A stretch of DNA of 64,000 bases from the human T2T-CHM13v2.0 reference genome, Homo sapiens. This document shows positions 62,763-64,000 of the stretch, piece after piece. Every line of letters begins with the position of its first letter. Within the stretch, counting starts at the first letter, position 1. The notes beneath the pieces were generated by a model. It saw only the letters and a program-made list of their open reading frames with translations, was not told the origin of the DNA and made no database searches. The stretch is from the NCBI RefSeq assembly GCF_009914755.1, contig NC_060935.1. One strand, given 5' to 3'. The position numbers and the translations under genes are program-made.

Positions 62763-63390
62763 TGAGCCATCAAGCCTGGCCTTCTTCAACATTTTTTTAA
62801 GCCCATATCTTAGTATGTTCTTCCACATTTTATCTCCCTAATACATTTTCAATTGTCTTGTCAAGTTTCTGTTAAAAAAAGATTGAAGTATTATATTGAA
62901 ATTTTATTGAATATGCAGATTAATTTGGCAGAATTAATTTCATATTAGAGGTGAATGTAACAGGCTGTTCCTGCTAGTCTGAGTTGATTGTGTATACCTA
63001 GTGGGAAGATTCAGGCTATCGTCCCTTCTAAGTTTCAAGAATTGAAGGGAGGTCTGTGGTTCTCCAGCCAGTCCACCTATGACAGAATGCACAAGTTCTA
63101 TTCAAACAAAAGAGAGGGAAAAATGACCAGCTGGGGCCTGGTGTGGTGGCTCACTCCTGTAATCTCAGCACTTTGGGAAGCCAAGGTGGTGGATAACTTG
63201 AGTCCAGGAGTTTGAGACAAGCCTGGGCCACACAGTGAAACCCCATCTCTACAAAAAAAGCAAAAAATTAGCCAGGCTGCTCAGGAAGGCTGAGGTGGGA
63301 GGAACGATTGAGCCCAGGAAGCTGAGGTTGCGGTGAGCTGTGATCCCCCCAACTGCACTCTGGCCTGGGCAACAAAGCTAGACCCTCTCT

Positions 63391-63428
<38 letters not shown>

Positions 63429-64000
63429 ACTTGACCTTTCAAGATGCAATCTACAATACAGCTTTACTACCACAATGTAAATATTTTAAGCCCTGTTTGT
63501 TCCCTTATGCATATTCTCAATTGGCTCATAATTAGCATTTCTAATTATATTTTCTGAAATCACCAATATATTTTAGATAGCTGACTAAATTATGGAGCTC
63601 AATGGAGCAGAACAACATAAGCAGAATTGATCCTGAGCATTTTGAAGCATGCCTTGGAGACTAACAAAATAAAACAAAATTTAAAAGTGATAGGGGAAGT
63701 GGAGGCTAGTAAAAGGAGCAGCAAAATTTAGGTATTAATGTCGATGTGGGCCAGGAGCAGTGGCTCATGCCTATAATCCCAGCAGTTTAGGAGTCCGAGG
63801 TAGGTGGATCACTTGAGGTCGGGAGTTCGAGACCAGCCAGGCCAACATGGCGGAACGCTGTCTCTACTAAAAATACAAAAGTTAGTTTGGCGTGGTGGCG
63901 CACGCCTGTAATCCCAGCTACTAGGGAGGCTGAGGCAGGAGAATTACTTGAACCCTGGAGGCAGAGGTTGCGGTTAGCCAAGATTGCACTGCTGCATTCC

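Overview
Primate, almost certainly human, genomic DNA. It contains the 3' half of RAB39A on the + strand: the distal part of intron 1, coding exon 2 (27004-27430) and the 3' UTR. The rest is a repeat-saturated intergenic region; from memory of the 11q22.3 map, CUL5 lies downstream, outside the window. RAB39A exon 2 is the only genuine host coding sequence. The other ORFs are mostly Alu, ERV, Tigger or L1 translations, or chance ORFs. The structural highlight is a ~19-kb nest of elements. An ancient minus-strand ERV-L provirus hosts an AluJ, which was hit by a near-full-length HERV-L/MLT2A1 provirus (42891-51365). That provirus's RT gene was then hit by an L1-mobilised HERV-W processed pseudogene (46111-48171, 13-bp TSD). 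Other sequence-supported oddities are a ~550-bp Alu-Alu inversion in the intron with reciprocal AluJb/AluSc chimeras, a ~100-bp polyadenylated LTR12 R-region retrocopy, a tailless Alu with a perfect TSD, and a repeat-free intronic island with NF-kB/STAT/AP-1 motifs. I found no convincing new gene system. Repeat subfamily names come from recalled consensus sequences and need RepeatMasker/Dfam confirmation; repeat boundaries are approximate unless a TSD is given.
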